From an archaeon (GTDB lineage Archaea > Nanobdellota > Nanobdellia > Pacearchaeales > GW2011-AR1): DNA of 64,000 nucleotides. This document shows, piece after piece, positions 1-10,277 of this stretch. The notes below the pieces were generated by a model. It ran no database searches. It saw nothing but the letters and a program-made list of their open reading frames with translations, and had not been told where the DNA came from. Location of the stretch: contig JBDRCB010000006.1 of the NCBI GenBank assembly GCA_043822125.1, positions 123,520-187,519 on the forward strand, written 5' to 3'. Numbering within the stretch: the stretch's first letter is position 1; each line of letters opens with the position of its first letter. The position numbers were made by a program, and so were the translations under genes.

Positions 1-655
1 CATTTTCAAAAGATAAATCAGGCAAACTTGCAACAGAATAAAGAGTGTTGATTGATTCAGGGATATCGTCGCCGAGAGTTTGTCTGCAGTTAGTGATATT
101 ATACATTATATTGTTTTTATTTGAAGAATGTTCAAATCCCAATACATGTAAAAGCTCGTGCATTGCTATGTTCGGAAAACCGCAGTTGGATTCTCTTATA
201 AGCAGAATCTTTCCGTGAAGGATTACATTAAACAGACTCGTTCCGATAATTTCAGACGGCCCTCCTTCGCCTGCAATAAACAATCCTCCTTCACTTCTGC
301 TTTTGCTATCGCATGTGACAGAAATTTCCTCGTTGGAATCAGCAGAATAAAAATCAAGAATTGTTTTTTCCGCCAAAATGCTGAAAGCACTTTCCATTTC
401 ATTTTTTTTCTGCAGAGGACAGTCATAAATTTTATAGGAAATAGAAGGATAAGGATATCTCATATTTGGATAAAACTGCATTTTTTCCGACGACAAATTG
501 CCGATGCTGAAATTGGAATTCTCATCAAAGACATAAAATTCAAATTTTCCAAACGGAGCAAACAGGTAAATTGTCAGCAATATCACCACAGCCAAAACAA
601 AAAACAAACTGAGCAATAATTTCACTTTGCTGTTGCCCTCTTCCTCATATTCCAT
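1..655 (-). CDS. Membrane-anchored matrixin/M10-like zinc metalloprotease (3' end truncated by window)
   Basis: Hand translation, absent from the ORF track: MEYEEEGNSKVKLLLSLFFVLAVV...HELLHVLGFEH...NIMY (HExxHxxGxxH plus Met-turn); frame is open to the window edge. Confidence 0.85.
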   Translation of the reverse strand, partial: MEYEEEGNSKVKLLLSLFFVLAVVILLTIYLFAPFGKFEFYVFDENSNFSIGNLSSEKMQFYPNMRYPYPSISYKIYDCPLQKKNEMESAFSILAEKTILDFYSADSNEEISVTCDSKSRSEGGLFIAGEGGPSEIIGTSLFNVILHGKILLIRESNCGFPNIAMHELLHVLGFEHSSNKNNIMYNITNCRQTLGDDIPESINTLYSVASLPDLSFEN

Positions 656-725
656 ATACTAGCATCCAAAAGAAATTTTTAAAAGTATTGAAAAAATAAA
701 AAATAAAAAATTAATAAAAATCTGT

Positions 726-869
726 CTATTCTTCAGTAGATTCATCAGAATCTTCTTCTAAATCATCTGATTTATCTTCTTCTAAATCATCTGATTTGTC
801 TTGTTCTGTCTCTTCTTCAGGGTTTTCAGTATCTTCCTGAACTTCTTCTTCATTTATATTTTCTTCCAT
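726..869 (-). CDS. 47-aa extremely acidic microprotein
   Basis: Hand translation MEENINEEEVQEDTENPEEETEQDKSDDLEEDKSDDLEEDSDESTEE; TTTAAA TATA-like box ~25 nt upstream. Confidence 0.6.
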   Translation of the reverse strand: MEENINEEEVQEDTENPEEETEQDKSDDLEEDKSDDLEEDSDESTEE

Positions 870-921
870 AAAAGACTAAATAAAAAGCGCTTTTAAACTT
901 TTTTATTTAATTAAAATAGAA

Positions 922-1710
922 TTAATTTTCCCCTTTGCGTAGTCTTATTAACTCCTGCTGTTCTTCAACTATTCTCTTTTTAATCTCATTAATCTTATCC
1001 TTATTTTTAATGCTATTGACTTCCTCCTGTGCCTCTCTCAATCTCCTCTCAGCCTCCTCAAGATCCTTGCTCCTCTGAACATCCTCTTCTTTCTCTCTTC
1101 TCAAATCACTCATTTTCTTGACTTTAATCTCCCTTGGCTGTTTTTCCACTTTAATATATTTTTTTGTTTTAAATATAAAAAAAACTAAAAAGAGAAAGAA
1201 CACAACTCCAAAAATATAATATTTATATTTCAAAATACCCTCTGTTCCTGATATAAAATATCCTGATAAAACAGAACTCTTTTCTTCAGATATATTTTCT
1301 TCTAATAGAATATCAACTGTTTCATTTAACAACTCAGTTAAATTAGTCTCATTAACAACCAGTTCTGGAGTTTCAATTAACTTAAACCACGAAGGAGCAA
1401 ATTCAAGATATAAATTCTCTCCTGCAAGATAATTCTCAATAAACTTTTTGGGTCCAAAAATAGTTTCTTCATCTTCCCTTAAACACAAAATAATATCAAA
1501 AGTCGGTTTAGCAGAATTATACTCAAAAAAAACATCCCCATACTCATCAGTAACACCAGAGAATCTTTCAAGAACAGTACTAGAAGAATCAATAATTGTC
1601 ATCTGAATTTCATGTCCTGGGATTGATTTAACATTTATATTTGTAATAGTAGAAGAGACAACCTGCACCGCTAACATCATAAAGATAAAACACATCACTG
1701 CTTTTTTCAT
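922..1710 (-). CDS. Secreted/membrane protein with C-terminal TM helix and coiled-coil tail
   Basis: Signal peptide from MKKAVMC (start moved to 1710); TM YIFGVVFFLFLVFFIF; charged tail. Confidence 0.75.
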   Translation of the reverse strand: MKKAVMCFIFMMLAVQVVSSTITNINVKSIPGHEIQMTIIDSSSTVLERFSGVTDEYGDVFFEYNSAKPTFDIILCLREDEETIFGPKKFIENYLAGENLYLEFAPSWFKLIETPELVVNETNLTELLNETVDILLEENISEEKSSVLSGYFISGTEGILKYKYYIFGVVFFLFLVFFIFKTKKYIKVEKQPREIKVKKMSDLRREKEEDVQRSKDLEEAERRLREAQEEVNSIKNKDKINEIKKRIVEEQQELIRLRKGEN

Positions 1711-1791
1711 AAGAATATTAAAAAATTTCAATTTATAAATTTTTGTAAAGTGCAGGATTATATTTTTAAAGGGCAATTTCATCTTTTTTGG

Positions 1792-2142
1792 ATGAGGGGG
1801 GTGCATATATTAGCTGATTTTGAAGAATGTAAAAACAAAGAGATTTTAATAGACTCAAAAAAACTGGAAAAATCTGTAGAAAAATTAATATTAAAAAACA
1901 GATTAAGTATCGTCGGGAAATGCTTCTATAAATTCGAGAAAGCAGGAGTGACTGGAATCTTCTTGATTGCAGAATCCCATGTCTCTGTCCACACATGGCC
2001 TGAGAAAAACAATTCTTTGAACATGGACATATTCACCTGCAACTATCAGGGAGACAACAGGGAAAAAACACTCGCGCTCTTCAACGACTTAAAGAAACTA
2101 TTCGAGCCTGAAAAAATCACAAAAAAAATAATTGAAAGATAA
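1792..2142 (+). CDS. speD: S-adenosylmethionine decarboxylase proenzyme
   Basis: GVHILAD N-terminus; ESHVSVHTWPE self-cleavage motif; DIFTC. Confidence 0.92.
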   Translation: MRGVHILADFEECKNKEILIDSKKLEKSVEKLILKNRLSIVGKCFYKFEKAGVTGIFLIAESHVSVHTWPEKNNSLNMDIFTCNYQGDNREKTLALFNDLKKLFEPEKITKKIIER

Positions 2143-2181
2143 TTCTAAATAAGTTTTTATATTCATAAAAATTAATATTAT

Positions 2182-3234
2182 ATGCGAGTTTCAAATAAAA
2201 AAAGGGTGTTGTACTTTCTTGGGTTCCTGTTGTCTTTTTATTTATTTATTTTTTCAATTGTAGCAATAAAATATTCTTTCAGTGAAATTGGAGAATCTCT
2301 TCTGACGATAACTCGCGGAGACATCAGTGAAATTAATGCCTTCGGCATCGGCTGGCTTTTAACTTTAGTATTGCAGTCAAGCGGTGCTACGACTTCTACT
2401 CTAATCGCTCTGAATTATGCTGGGATTATTGGTCCTGTAATTCTTATCTTCATGGTTTTAGGAACAAGAATAGGAACAACAATAACTTCTCTTTTTGTCG
2501 CCCTGCTTGTTTCTGCAAAAAGACGTGACTTCAGGCATGGATTTGAAATAGGACTTGCAAACCTCGTCTATGCTGTTCCCGTCGCTGTTGTAATGTTCTT
2601 GGCAGAATACTTTTTCTCCTTTTTCTCTAAAACAGGAAATTACTTTGTTAGTTTTGAGGCCCCATTTAAATTAAATTTTATTGATAGCATCACCTTTCCA
2701 ATAATAAAATTAATTGATATCATTCTTCCAAATTATTTATTTGCTTTGCTCGGAGTTTTGCTTTTAATTGTCAGCCTCAAAAAGATGCCCTCTTTTATGG
2801 TTAAACTCTGGGGCGAAGATTATCTCAGAGAAAAAATCAATAAATATATGGGAAAAAAGAATTTTTCTTTTATAATTGGGTTTCTAATTGCAGTTGTCCT
2901 GACATCAACAAGCATAACAATCACTCTTCTGGTTCCGCTTGCAGTTTCAAGAATAATTAATTTAAAAAAAGCAATTCCTTATATTATTGGGACAAATCTT
3001 GGGGGAGTTGTGGACGCAGTTATCGGAGGACTCATCGTCGGAAAAACAGCAATTCCAGCAGTATTCACCTATGTCTGCTTCAGCTTAATCGGACTGCTCT
3101 GGCTCTTCAACACAGATTTAATGTTCAAAACAACAAAATACATCTCCAAAAAAACATTCCATATTTCAAAGAAAAGAGCGATTTTATTTGTGTTATTGTT
3201 TGTTTTAATCGCAGTTGTCTTGAGTTTTGTATAA
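2182..3234 (+). CDS. Na+/phosphate cotransporter family membrane protein
   Basis: Multiple TMs; repeated LQSSGATT / TSTSITIT and GTRIGTTIT / GTNLG motifs. Confidence 0.75.
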   Translation: MRVSNKKRVLYFLGFLLSFYLFIFSIVAIKYSFSEIGESLLTITRGDISEINAFGIGWLLTLVLQSSGATTSTLIALNYAGIIGPVILIFMVLGTRIGTTITSLFVALLVSAKRRDFRHGFEIGLANLVYAVPVAVVMFLAEYFFSFFSKTGNYFVSFEAPFKLNFIDSITFPIIKLIDIILPNYLFALLGVLLLIVSLKKMPSFMVKLWGEDYLREKINKYMGKKNFSFIIGFLIAVVLTSTSITITLLVPLAVSRIINLKKAIPYIIGTNLGGVVDAVIGGLIVGKTAIPAVFTYVCFSLIGLLWLFNTDLMFKTTKYISKKTFHISKKRAILFVLLFVLIAVVLSFV

Positions 3235-3810
3235 TTAAGAAATAAAAAGCAAAATTCCTTTTGATGCGAGAATTGACACCATCAAAGTGAAAGTTAAATC
3301 TCCTAAAATAATTGGAACATATAATTTTTTCTTTGGATATTCTATAAATGCAAGAAATATAAGAATAAAATCATTTGGGAAAGGAGTGAAACCCATGTAA
3401 ATATAAGTAACAAAAGGTATTATTTTCCTAACCCATTTCTTTTTTATTTTTTTAGAAAAATTATTTATCTTCTCATCCCATTCTCCTTTAACAAGCTCCC
3501 TCCCTTTAGAACTTATAAAGAGTATTAATCCATCTCCAATTGCAAGCGCTGTTCCTGCTACAATCCCTAATAGAATTGGATTTAAACCTCCAACAGCGAG
3601 GGTGATTAAAGTTGCAATAAAAGAAATTGAACTCCATGTTGAAAAACCTCCAAAAAAAGAAACAACAAAAGCAAGAATATACGAATTCCTTACTCCAATG
3701 CTACTGACCATTTTTTCTGGACCTAAAAAATAAACAAGTGTGCCGAGAGTGATTAAGAAAAGAATCAAAATAAAAAAGAAGATTACATTCTTGTAATATT
3801 TTTTTAGCAT
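3235..3810 (-). CDS. DedA/VTT-like membrane protein
   Basis: Hydrophobic protein with TPFPND motif. Confidence 0.6.
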   Translation of the reverse strand: MLKKYYKNVIFFFILILFLITLGTLVYFLGPEKMVSSIGVRNSYILAFVVSFFGGFSTWSSISFIATLITLAVGGLNPILLGIVAGTALAIGDGLILFISSKGRELVKGEWDEKINNFSKKIKKKWVRKIIPFVTYIYMGFTPFPNDFILIFLAFIEYPKKKLYVPIILGDLTFTLMVSILASKGILLFIS

Positions 3811-3886
3811 ATAATTTTACAGATTGAATTTATATAAAACTAACTGAACAGGCGCCCAGGCAGATAGTGTAGGAAGAATTTTAAGA

Positions 3887-4192
3887 TTATTTTTTAGGTT
3901 TCCACTGAAGGACTCTTTCAACAAATATATACAAAAATAGCACTATCAATAATAAACTAAAAAGAGCACTTAAAAAAGAACCTATCCTTATGTTTGCTGA
4001 ACCAATAGAGAGTATAATATCTTCCCATCTTGTAACCTTACTGGAGATTATTGGTCTGACAAGGGGTAAAATTATATCATTAACAATAGATTGTATAAAA
4101 TTTAAAGCAACAATAGCTATGATAAATGATACTGAAATTGCTATAATTCTATATTCTTTAAGAAATCCTACGAATCTTTTGAAAGCTGCCAT
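3887..4192 (-). CDS. mscL: Large-conductance mechanosensitive channel family protein
   Basis: FVGFLKEYRIIAISVSFII...SIVNDIILP...IGSFLSAL matches the MscL pattern. Confidence 0.75.
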   Translation of the reverse strand: MAAFKRFVGFLKEYRIIAISVSFIIAIVALNFIQSIVNDIILPLVRPIISSKVTRWEDIILSIGSANIRIGSFLSALFSLLLIVLFLYIFVERVLQWKPKK

Positions 4193-4287
4193 TGGTATTT
4201 ATTATTACTTATTATTTTATAAATCTTCCTTAGAATTTAAACACCCACGCTGTAAGACAAGTATAAATTAAAACACTTGTTTTAATA

Positions 4288-5103
4288 TTAACTAAACCCT
4301 TTACTTATTTTCTCACCCCAAAATGAGGGTAAAGGATTAACAATAAAACCCTTGAAATCATCAGAATAAATGTGAGTCACTCCCCTCACTCCTTTAAATT
4401 TATTAAAAGATGAATTTGCCTCTCTATAAATTTTTTGAATTATTTTTCTTTCAAATTCTTCCTGCAAAAGTGAAGAGGGTTTCAATATAAGAAAGTCTGC
4501 CTGCCTTAAAATATTTATATCAAGGTTTGAAGAATTTTGCGAAATAAAAAGTATACTCAAATTCTTGTGTCTTGCAATCAAAATCAGTTCACTTAAAAGC
4601 TTGTTTGCATTGCTCATCGAACTTCTTGAACTGAATAGAATACCCCCTTCATCAATTAAAACAAAAGAATTATTATTCAACTGATTAATTTCCTGAACAA
4701 CATTTATCCACATTGGCATTTCCTCTTTTTTAAATCCAATCGCATAGCACCTTTTTTTGTTTATTGAATACAAGTTCTCAATGAACCTAATACCAAAGGC
4801 CGTCTTTCCTGTTCCTCGCGCCCCAATAATAATTCCAATCTTACTATCAGCATTAAACACTTTTTTCTCCCATTCATTGTAATCTCCAACATCTGCCTGC
4901 AAAGTTTTAAAAGACTCATATTTAGCTAGAATCATCCCCCTTTTCTTTAAAACTTTTTTCTCTTCTGATTTTTTATCTGAGTATATCTTGATTTTCTTAG
5001 CCCCGCGCCAAAGATAAATAGGGGTTTTAGCCAGGAATATCAGAGACTTACCTGTAAAAGTTTCTTTAAATTGTTTTTTGAATTTTTTTTTAGATTTAGG
5101 CAT
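4288..5103 (-). CDS. P-loop ATPase (Zot/HerA-FtsK-like)
   Basis: Walker A GARGTGKT; Walker B VLIDE; ARHK...FISQ motif. Confidence 0.75.
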   Translation of the reverse strand: MPKSKKKFKKQFKETFTGKSLIFLAKTPIYLWRGAKKIKIYSDKKSEEKKVLKKRGMILAKYESFKTLQADVGDYNEWEKKVFNADSKIGIIIGARGTGKTAFGIRFIENLYSINKKRCYAIGFKKEEMPMWINVVQEINQLNNNSFVLIDEGGILFSSRSSMSNANKLLSELILIARHKNLSILFISQNSSNLDINILRQADFLILKPSSLLQEEFERKIIQKIYREANSSFNKFKGVRGVTHIYSDDFKGFIVNPLPSFWGEKISKGFS

Positions 5104-5299
5104 AAAATACAAAGGAACAGAAAGTTTAAATAAATTTGTCTTAAATTATTTAGTCATAGTCATCGAACCACAAATCAAGATGCTGGGCGTTATCACTTCT
5201 ACCAGACCCCCGCTCCGAACATTTAGATTTAAGAAAATAAGAGCTTAATAAACAACCACAACAATGCTTTTAAACCCCAAAATAATTATATTATTTAAT

Positions 5300-6292
5300 A
5301 TGAAAAAAATACTAATATCTAGTATGATTTTTGTATTAATATTCGCTATGAGTGGTTTTGTTCTGGCTGAAGAAGTAACCGAACCAGAGGAAATTAAACA
5401 ACCATTTCTTGAAGTAATATGGGATGCATTGATGAGTTTACAAGGACAGATAAATTCGTTATTTGGAATATTTGTTAAGACAGAAGATACTGATGATTGG
5501 GATAAGAATATGTATGATGATATAACAGAATGCAGTTGTCAAATAACTCAGGAAGATTATGACTCAATTATTGCAAGATTAAATGCTTTAGAAGGTGTGT
5601 GTATACCTGAAGAAGAAGTTTGCGATGATGGAATAGATAATGATTGTGATGGAGAAATAGATGAGGGTTGTGTTTGTGATTCCTGCATAACTGATAATGA
5701 TTGTATAAATCTTCCAGGAGGAGCTTGTACTTTCCTAGGTGAAGGCAGTTATTGTACACAGGCTTGTGAGGATGATGGAACCTGCCCAGAAGGCTATACA
5801 TGTGAGGATCAGCCGGGAGGAGAGGCGCAGTGTATCCCAATAACACAAAGTTGTTCATGTACAATTGAAACTATAGGCATAACTCAGTCTTGTGAAAACA
5901 TAAACATGTATGGTATTTGTACTGGAACACAAACCTGCAATGAGGCTGGCTGGACTGCATGTGATGCTATAATTCCTGAACTAGAAACCTGTGACGGATT
6001 AGATAATGATTGTGATGGACAAATTGATGAAGAAGAAGTATGCGGCGAATGTTCTATTGCATTAGATTGTGATGATGGATTATACTGCAATGGTGTAGAA
6101 GTTTGCTTTGAGGGTTCGTGTGTTAGCTTAGGCGATTCTCCCTGCCCAGGCCCTGATGGCGATATTGATTGTAGTGAGTCCTGTGATGAAAGTTCAGATG
6201 ATTGCACTGCAAATGATCCTGATAGTTCGTTCTGTTCATATAGTGGATTAGATGATGGAATGTGTACTTCAGGAACATGTATGTCTATTTAA
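5300..6292 (+). CDS. Secreted Cys/Asp-rich protein with two MopE-like putative metal-binding repeats
   Basis: Signal peptide; EVCDDGIDNDCDGEIDEG and ETCDGLDNDCDGQIDEE. Confidence 0.8.
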   Translation: MKKILISSMIFVLIFAMSGFVLAEEVTEPEEIKQPFLEVIWDALMSLQGQINSLFGIFVKTEDTDDWDKNMYDDITECSCQITQEDYDSIIARLNALEGVCIPEEEVCDDGIDNDCDGEIDEGCVCDSCITDNDCINLPGGACTFLGEGSYCTQACEDDGTCPEGYTCEDQPGGEAQCIPITQSCSCTIETIGITQSCENINMYGICTGTQTCNEAGWTACDAIIPELETCDGLDNDCDGQIDEEEVCGECSIALDCDDGLYCNGVEVCFEGSCVSLGDSPCPGPDGDIDCSESCDESSDDCTANDPDSSFCSYSGLDDGMCTSGTCMSI

Positions 6293-6390
6293 TTTCTTTT
6301 TTCTTTCATTTTTCATTACCTAAATATTTTTAATATATGATTTTTTAATTATTTTAATATATAGCTGAAAGGGGGTTTAAATAAAATAGC

Positions 6391-7137
6391 ATGAAAAAAA
6401 CAATAATAGCATTATGTATGATTTCTATATTAATAGTTTCTGTTGGGATTGTAATGGCTGTTTCTGCAAAGAATCAGAAAGTAGAATCTAGTTTGCCAGA
6501 AGATTTATCATACACTACTTATCATGGAAAAGGTATTTGGAGTACAACACATATTTTAAGAAAAGATGATGTAAAACCAGAGAAAGAAGTTTCTAAAAAA
6601 CCAGCCACAACAGGTCCAAAGTGTTATAAATTAATGGGTGTTAAATGGTCAGATACACCAGATTATGTAGCTCAGACACAAGATTTACTTGATATAGCAG
6701 AAATTTCTATAGGAACCTGGGATGGTGCAACTAATTTTGATTTACTTGGTGATGAGGTAGTTGATGAACTTGCAGGATTTGGAGATATTAATAATCCTAT
6801 AATGGATGAAAAAAATTCGTATTCGTATGGAGATTATCCTTTAGATGGAGTCATAGCAGTTTGTCGAACATGGTGGAATGCGGATAGAGAAATTATTGAA
6901 TACGATATAATGTTTGACACAGATTTCACTTGGGGAGATGCAACAGAAAGTGATTCGGTAATGGACCTCCAAAACATTGCAACTCATGAAATAGGTCATG
7001 CATTCGGTTTATCAGATTTATACACAAAAAAATGTGTAGACCAAACAATGTATGGATACAGCGACTATGGAGAAACGAATAAGCAAACATTAGGAACAGG
7101 CGACATCAACGGAATCCGGGCACTCTACGGAATATAA
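6391..7137 (+). CDS. Secreted matrixin-family metalloprotease
   Basis: Signal peptide; DLQNIATHEIGHAFGLSD; QTMY Met-turn. Confidence 0.85.
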   Translation: MKKTIIALCMISILIVSVGIVMAVSAKNQKVESSLPEDLSYTTYHGKGIWSTTHILRKDDVKPEKEVSKKPATTGPKCYKLMGVKWSDTPDYVAQTQDLLDIAEISIGTWDGATNFDLLGDEVVDELAGFGDINNPIMDEKNSYSYGDYPLDGVIAVCRTWWNADREIIEYDIMFDTDFTWGDATESDSVMDLQNIATHEIGHAFGLSDLYTKKCVDQTMYGYSDYGETNKQTLGTGDINGIRALYGI

Positions 7138-7195
7138 AATCAATTTATTTTTTTATTTTAATTTTTCTTTTATTTTTTAAGAAGTATTAATTAGA

Positions 7196-8584
7196 TTAAC
7201 TATTTATATAAATCACCAAAGGATAATCCCTCACAATTAAATCATTAATTGTATTTTCTTCAACTATTAAATTTTGTTCATAACCTTCAAGAACATCAAC
7301 AGCAACAGATTGTTTTCCATTTAACTCGCTGGATGTTAGGTCGGCATTTACTCCTGCATCATCATCAACAGCTACGCCGTCTGTCCATAATACAATTAGC
7401 TTGTCTCCGTTTGATAAAGAGAAAGTGTAATATTCGATGTTTGTTGCTTGGCTTTGTATTTCTATTTCTAGGTTTGTTGGAGTTGCCCCTGCCATGATTG
7501 TTGCTAAGTTTTTAACAACTTTCATCTTTGGTAAATTATCTCCAGATTCAAGTTCACCCATTCCTGCAATTAAACCCAAACCTAAGTTAATAATAATTCC
7601 TCTTGCATAATATTTTGCAGCTGTAATCTCAGTATATATCCAGGATTCATCTGGGTGTGGATTTCTTGCAGTCCGCCAGCACATTTCATCAACCAGATAT
7701 TCTCCAGTAAAACCATTAGAAGAAGATGTGCTTTTTATTCCCTGAATAAAAGAAGGATAATCATAATAATACTGTTTGAGGGCCTCATAATCTGGTGAAG
7801 TTCCATACATAGAATGGAAAGAAATTCCATCTGCTAAAGTCATTATTTCAGATTCTATAAGACCAAGAAAATATTCTTCAGGCTCTGTCTGACGCAAATC
7901 TGAAACAGCCCCAATAATTATCTTGGCTTCTGGGTCTTCTTGTTGAATAACAGGAACAACTCTCTTAACCAAATTAATATAATCATCTATTTTCACATTC
8001 TGTTGAGTGCCTTCACAATGATTCGGTTCATTTAATATTTCATAATAATCCACATATCCTTTTAGATTACTGACAATAAACTGCACATAATCAAGATAAT
8101 TTTGTATTTCTTCTTCTGTTTTAAATTTAGAATATTCTTCTCCTTCAGTTTCAGTGTCAATTGTTTCATCCCAAAAAATTAAAGTATACACTATTTTTAT
8201 GCCTTTTTCATCTAATTTTTTAATCGCTTCTATTTGATTTGGATCAATAAAATGTGTAGAGTATACTCCTTTGTCTTCTGCTTCATCCCAATCAAACCAA
8301 TCAAAACTTAAACGAATTCTGGTTAGTCCTAATTCATTAACTTCATCGAGAAAATAATTTAGGTGTCTTTCAGAATAAATATCTGCTTGCAACATACGCC
8401 CCATATGATTATCTTCTAATTCTTCAGATGTTTTTGCTTGGAATTGAGTTATCTCTAATGTGTTTTCTTTTTGGAACCATTCTTCATCTTCTACAACAAA
8501 CTTATCTCCACTAAAATAAATATATCCAACTACACCTACAATAATAACTAATGCTATAATTACAAATATCACACTCTTTTTCAT
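7196..8584 (-). CDS. Membrane-anchored clan GH-A glycoside hydrolase (GH5/GH39-like)
   Basis: N-terminal TM; YEILNEP acid/base motif; ISFHSMY; LVDE candidate nucleophile. Confidence 0.75.
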   Translation of the reverse strand: MKKSVIFVIIALVIIVGVVGYIYFSGDKFVVEDEEWFQKENTLEITQFQAKTSEELEDNHMGRMLQADIYSERHLNYFLDEVNELGLTRIRLSFDWFDWDEAEDKGVYSTHFIDPNQIEAIKKLDEKGIKIVYTLIFWDETIDTETEGEEYSKFKTEEEIQNYLDYVQFIVSNLKGYVDYYEILNEPNHCEGTQQNVKIDDYINLVKRVVPVIQQEDPEAKIIIGAVSDLRQTEPEEYFLGLIESEIMTLADGISFHSMYGTSPDYEALKQYYYDYPSFIQGIKSTSSSNGFTGEYLVDEMCWRTARNPHPDESWIYTEITAAKYYARGIIINLGLGLIAGMGELESGDNLPKMKVVKNLATIMAGATPTNLEIEIQSQATNIEYYTFSLSNGDKLIVLWTDGVAVDDDAGVNADLTSSELNGKQSVAVDVLEGYEQNLIVEENTINDLIVRDYPLVIYINS

Positions 8585-8589
8585 TTTAA

Positions 8590-10140
8590 CTATCTAATAC
8601 AAACACCATCTTGACAACCATTTGGGCAGGAATATGAAATTGAACTAACCCCATTATTATCCCCGCAAAAACCTTCTGCTAATTTTTTATCATCTATACA
8701 AGTGTCAATATGATACTGAGTAAAACCAGTGGTTTGGTGTTTTCCAACTACAGTTCCTTTAACATAATAATCCCTTCCTCCATCAGAATCTGCGCATTCT
8801 CCTTCAAACTCTTCTTTTGTTACCCACTCAGAAGGTGCCCCCTGCACACACTCGCCATTTTGGCAGACACATTCCCCATTTTGACAAACATGCGCATAGT
8901 CGCAACCATTTCTTTTTCCTTCACAATCTGAACATGAACAATCTTCATTTGGCTGATCACAAATAGAGTCTGAATTACAAATTATACATGCACCATCTTC
9001 GCAACCATATGGACAAACATACTCCTCAGAATATCTTTCATTACGCGTTACCATACTCATGGTTGTTGGACACACCCACTCTGTTAATGTGTCTCCATCA
9101 CAGGAGTCTCTCTCTATTCCCTCTTCAGCCTCTCCTGTTTTAATAGTTATAATTTTATACTCTACTGTTCCTTTCCTATAATAATAATTTAACATATCGA
9201 GGAACATACCTTCTTCATGAGTGCTTCTTAAATGTGCAATATACTCTGGTGAATAAAGTCCATCAGAATCATCACAACACCATTTTGTTTTATAATTCCA
9301 ATAACTACCACCGCCAGTACAAGGATATGCTTGTGCAGGATATGATGGTAAATCATCACAAGGTTTATCAGGAGTACAGTAACGAGGAGGAGCAGTTAAA
9401 AGTCCACTTTTAATCAGTTCATTACATTCTTCTGCTGTTGTTGCTCCTGCTTCTTGACAACTTGCACTAATAATAAATATTGAATCAGGACTTAAATTTT
9501 CTGGAATATTTATAATTATACCTTCTAATTCTTCCAGCATCTTTATTGCCTCAGCTATTGCATCAGTATAATCTGGTTGACCAAAGTCCTCAAATCTCTG
9601 CTTAAGTATTTCTAATATTTCAGCATGACTCTGAATATGCTCATTTAATTTCATAGCATCCTTTTTCTTTACCCTTTCCGTTGAACCTTCAAACTTTTTC
9701 ATTTGTTTTTGTGCTTCTAATTGTGCTTTTTTTGCCTCTGTTGTTTTATTCTTATTAGCCATTTCATCCATTTCAGCCATTCTTTCCTGCATTATCTCTA
9801 ATCTAACTTTAGATTTACCTAAAGAAGTTGGAGTTAAAGTTGCTTTTGCATTATCTAAAAAAACATCTGCACCATAAAGTACACTATCAGGAGTTATGCC
9901 TGCTTTTGGCATCATATCAGCCAGTTCTTCATCTTCTTCACTTATATTAATTTCTGTCTCATTGGTTGTTTCATTAGTTTCTGTCACATTAATCTCAGCA
10001 GTCTTATTAGCTTCTGTTTCATTAGTAGGAGGAGTTGCATTACCAATTTCTGTCTCATTAGATTCAGCACTTACAAGACTAACAGAAATCAACAATATCG
10101 ATATTGCTACTAAAATAAATACTATGCCCTCTTTTTTCAT
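8590..10140 (-). CDS. Secreted DUF5667-like protein with Cys-rich DSDGG repeats
   Basis: Signal peptide; AGITPDSVLYGAD...ERMAE helical domain; CDDSDG and CADSDGG repeats. Confidence 0.75.
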   Translation of the reverse strand: MKKEGIVFILVAISILLISVSLVSAESNETEIGNATPPTNETEANKTAEINVTETNETTNETEINISEEDEELADMMPKAGITPDSVLYGADVFLDNAKATLTPTSLGKSKVRLEIMQERMAEMDEMANKNKTTEAKKAQLEAQKQMKKFEGSTERVKKKDAMKLNEHIQSHAEILEILKQRFEDFGQPDYTDAIAEAIKMLEELEGIIINIPENLSPDSIFIISASCQEAGATTAEECNELIKSGLLTAPPRYCTPDKPCDDLPSYPAQAYPCTGGGSYWNYKTKWCCDDSDGLYSPEYIAHLRSTHEEGMFLDMLNYYYRKGTVEYKIITIKTGEAEEGIERDSCDGDTLTEWVCPTTMSMVTRNERYSEEYVCPYGCEDGACIICNSDSICDQPNEDCSCSDCEGKRNGCDYAHVCQNGECVCQNGECVQGAPSEWVTKEEFEGECADSDGGRDYYVKGTVVGKHQTTGFTQYHIDTCIDDKKLAEGFCGDNNGVSSISYSCPNGCQDGVCIR

Positions 10141-10145
10141 AATGT

Positions 10146-10173
10146 TAACAACAAAAAGAAGTTTAAATAATTA
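10146..10173 (-). promoter_or_regulatory. Promoter region, copy 1 of a 28-bp duplication (copy 2 at 14641-14668)
   Basis: taacaa[c/t]aaaaagaagtttaaataatta, 27/28 identical; contains TTTAAA box ~25 nt before ATG. Confidence 0.7.
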
Positions 10174-10189
10174 TTGGACGCCCACGTCG
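10174..10189 (-). repeat. att-like copy of the tRNA-Asp 3' end
   Basis: ttggacgcccacgtcg vs ttggacgcccacgccg at 15008-15023 (15/16). Confidence 0.75.
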
Positions 10190-10277
10190 CACACCTAATT
10201 ATAAAAAAGAGATTTGATATTTAACTTATAACTAATAAGAATAATTGAAGTTCATATAATTTTTGTAAATCTCAAAA

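Noticed and set aside
158..619. 153-aa plus-strand ORF from the track
   Set aside because: Antisense shadow of the minus-strand matrixin gene (1-655), which carries the recognisable motifs.
4288..5103. Zot-like ATPase as marker of a filamentous/pleomorphic provirus
   Set aside because: No replication initiator, integrase or cluster of small coat-like genes is adjacent.
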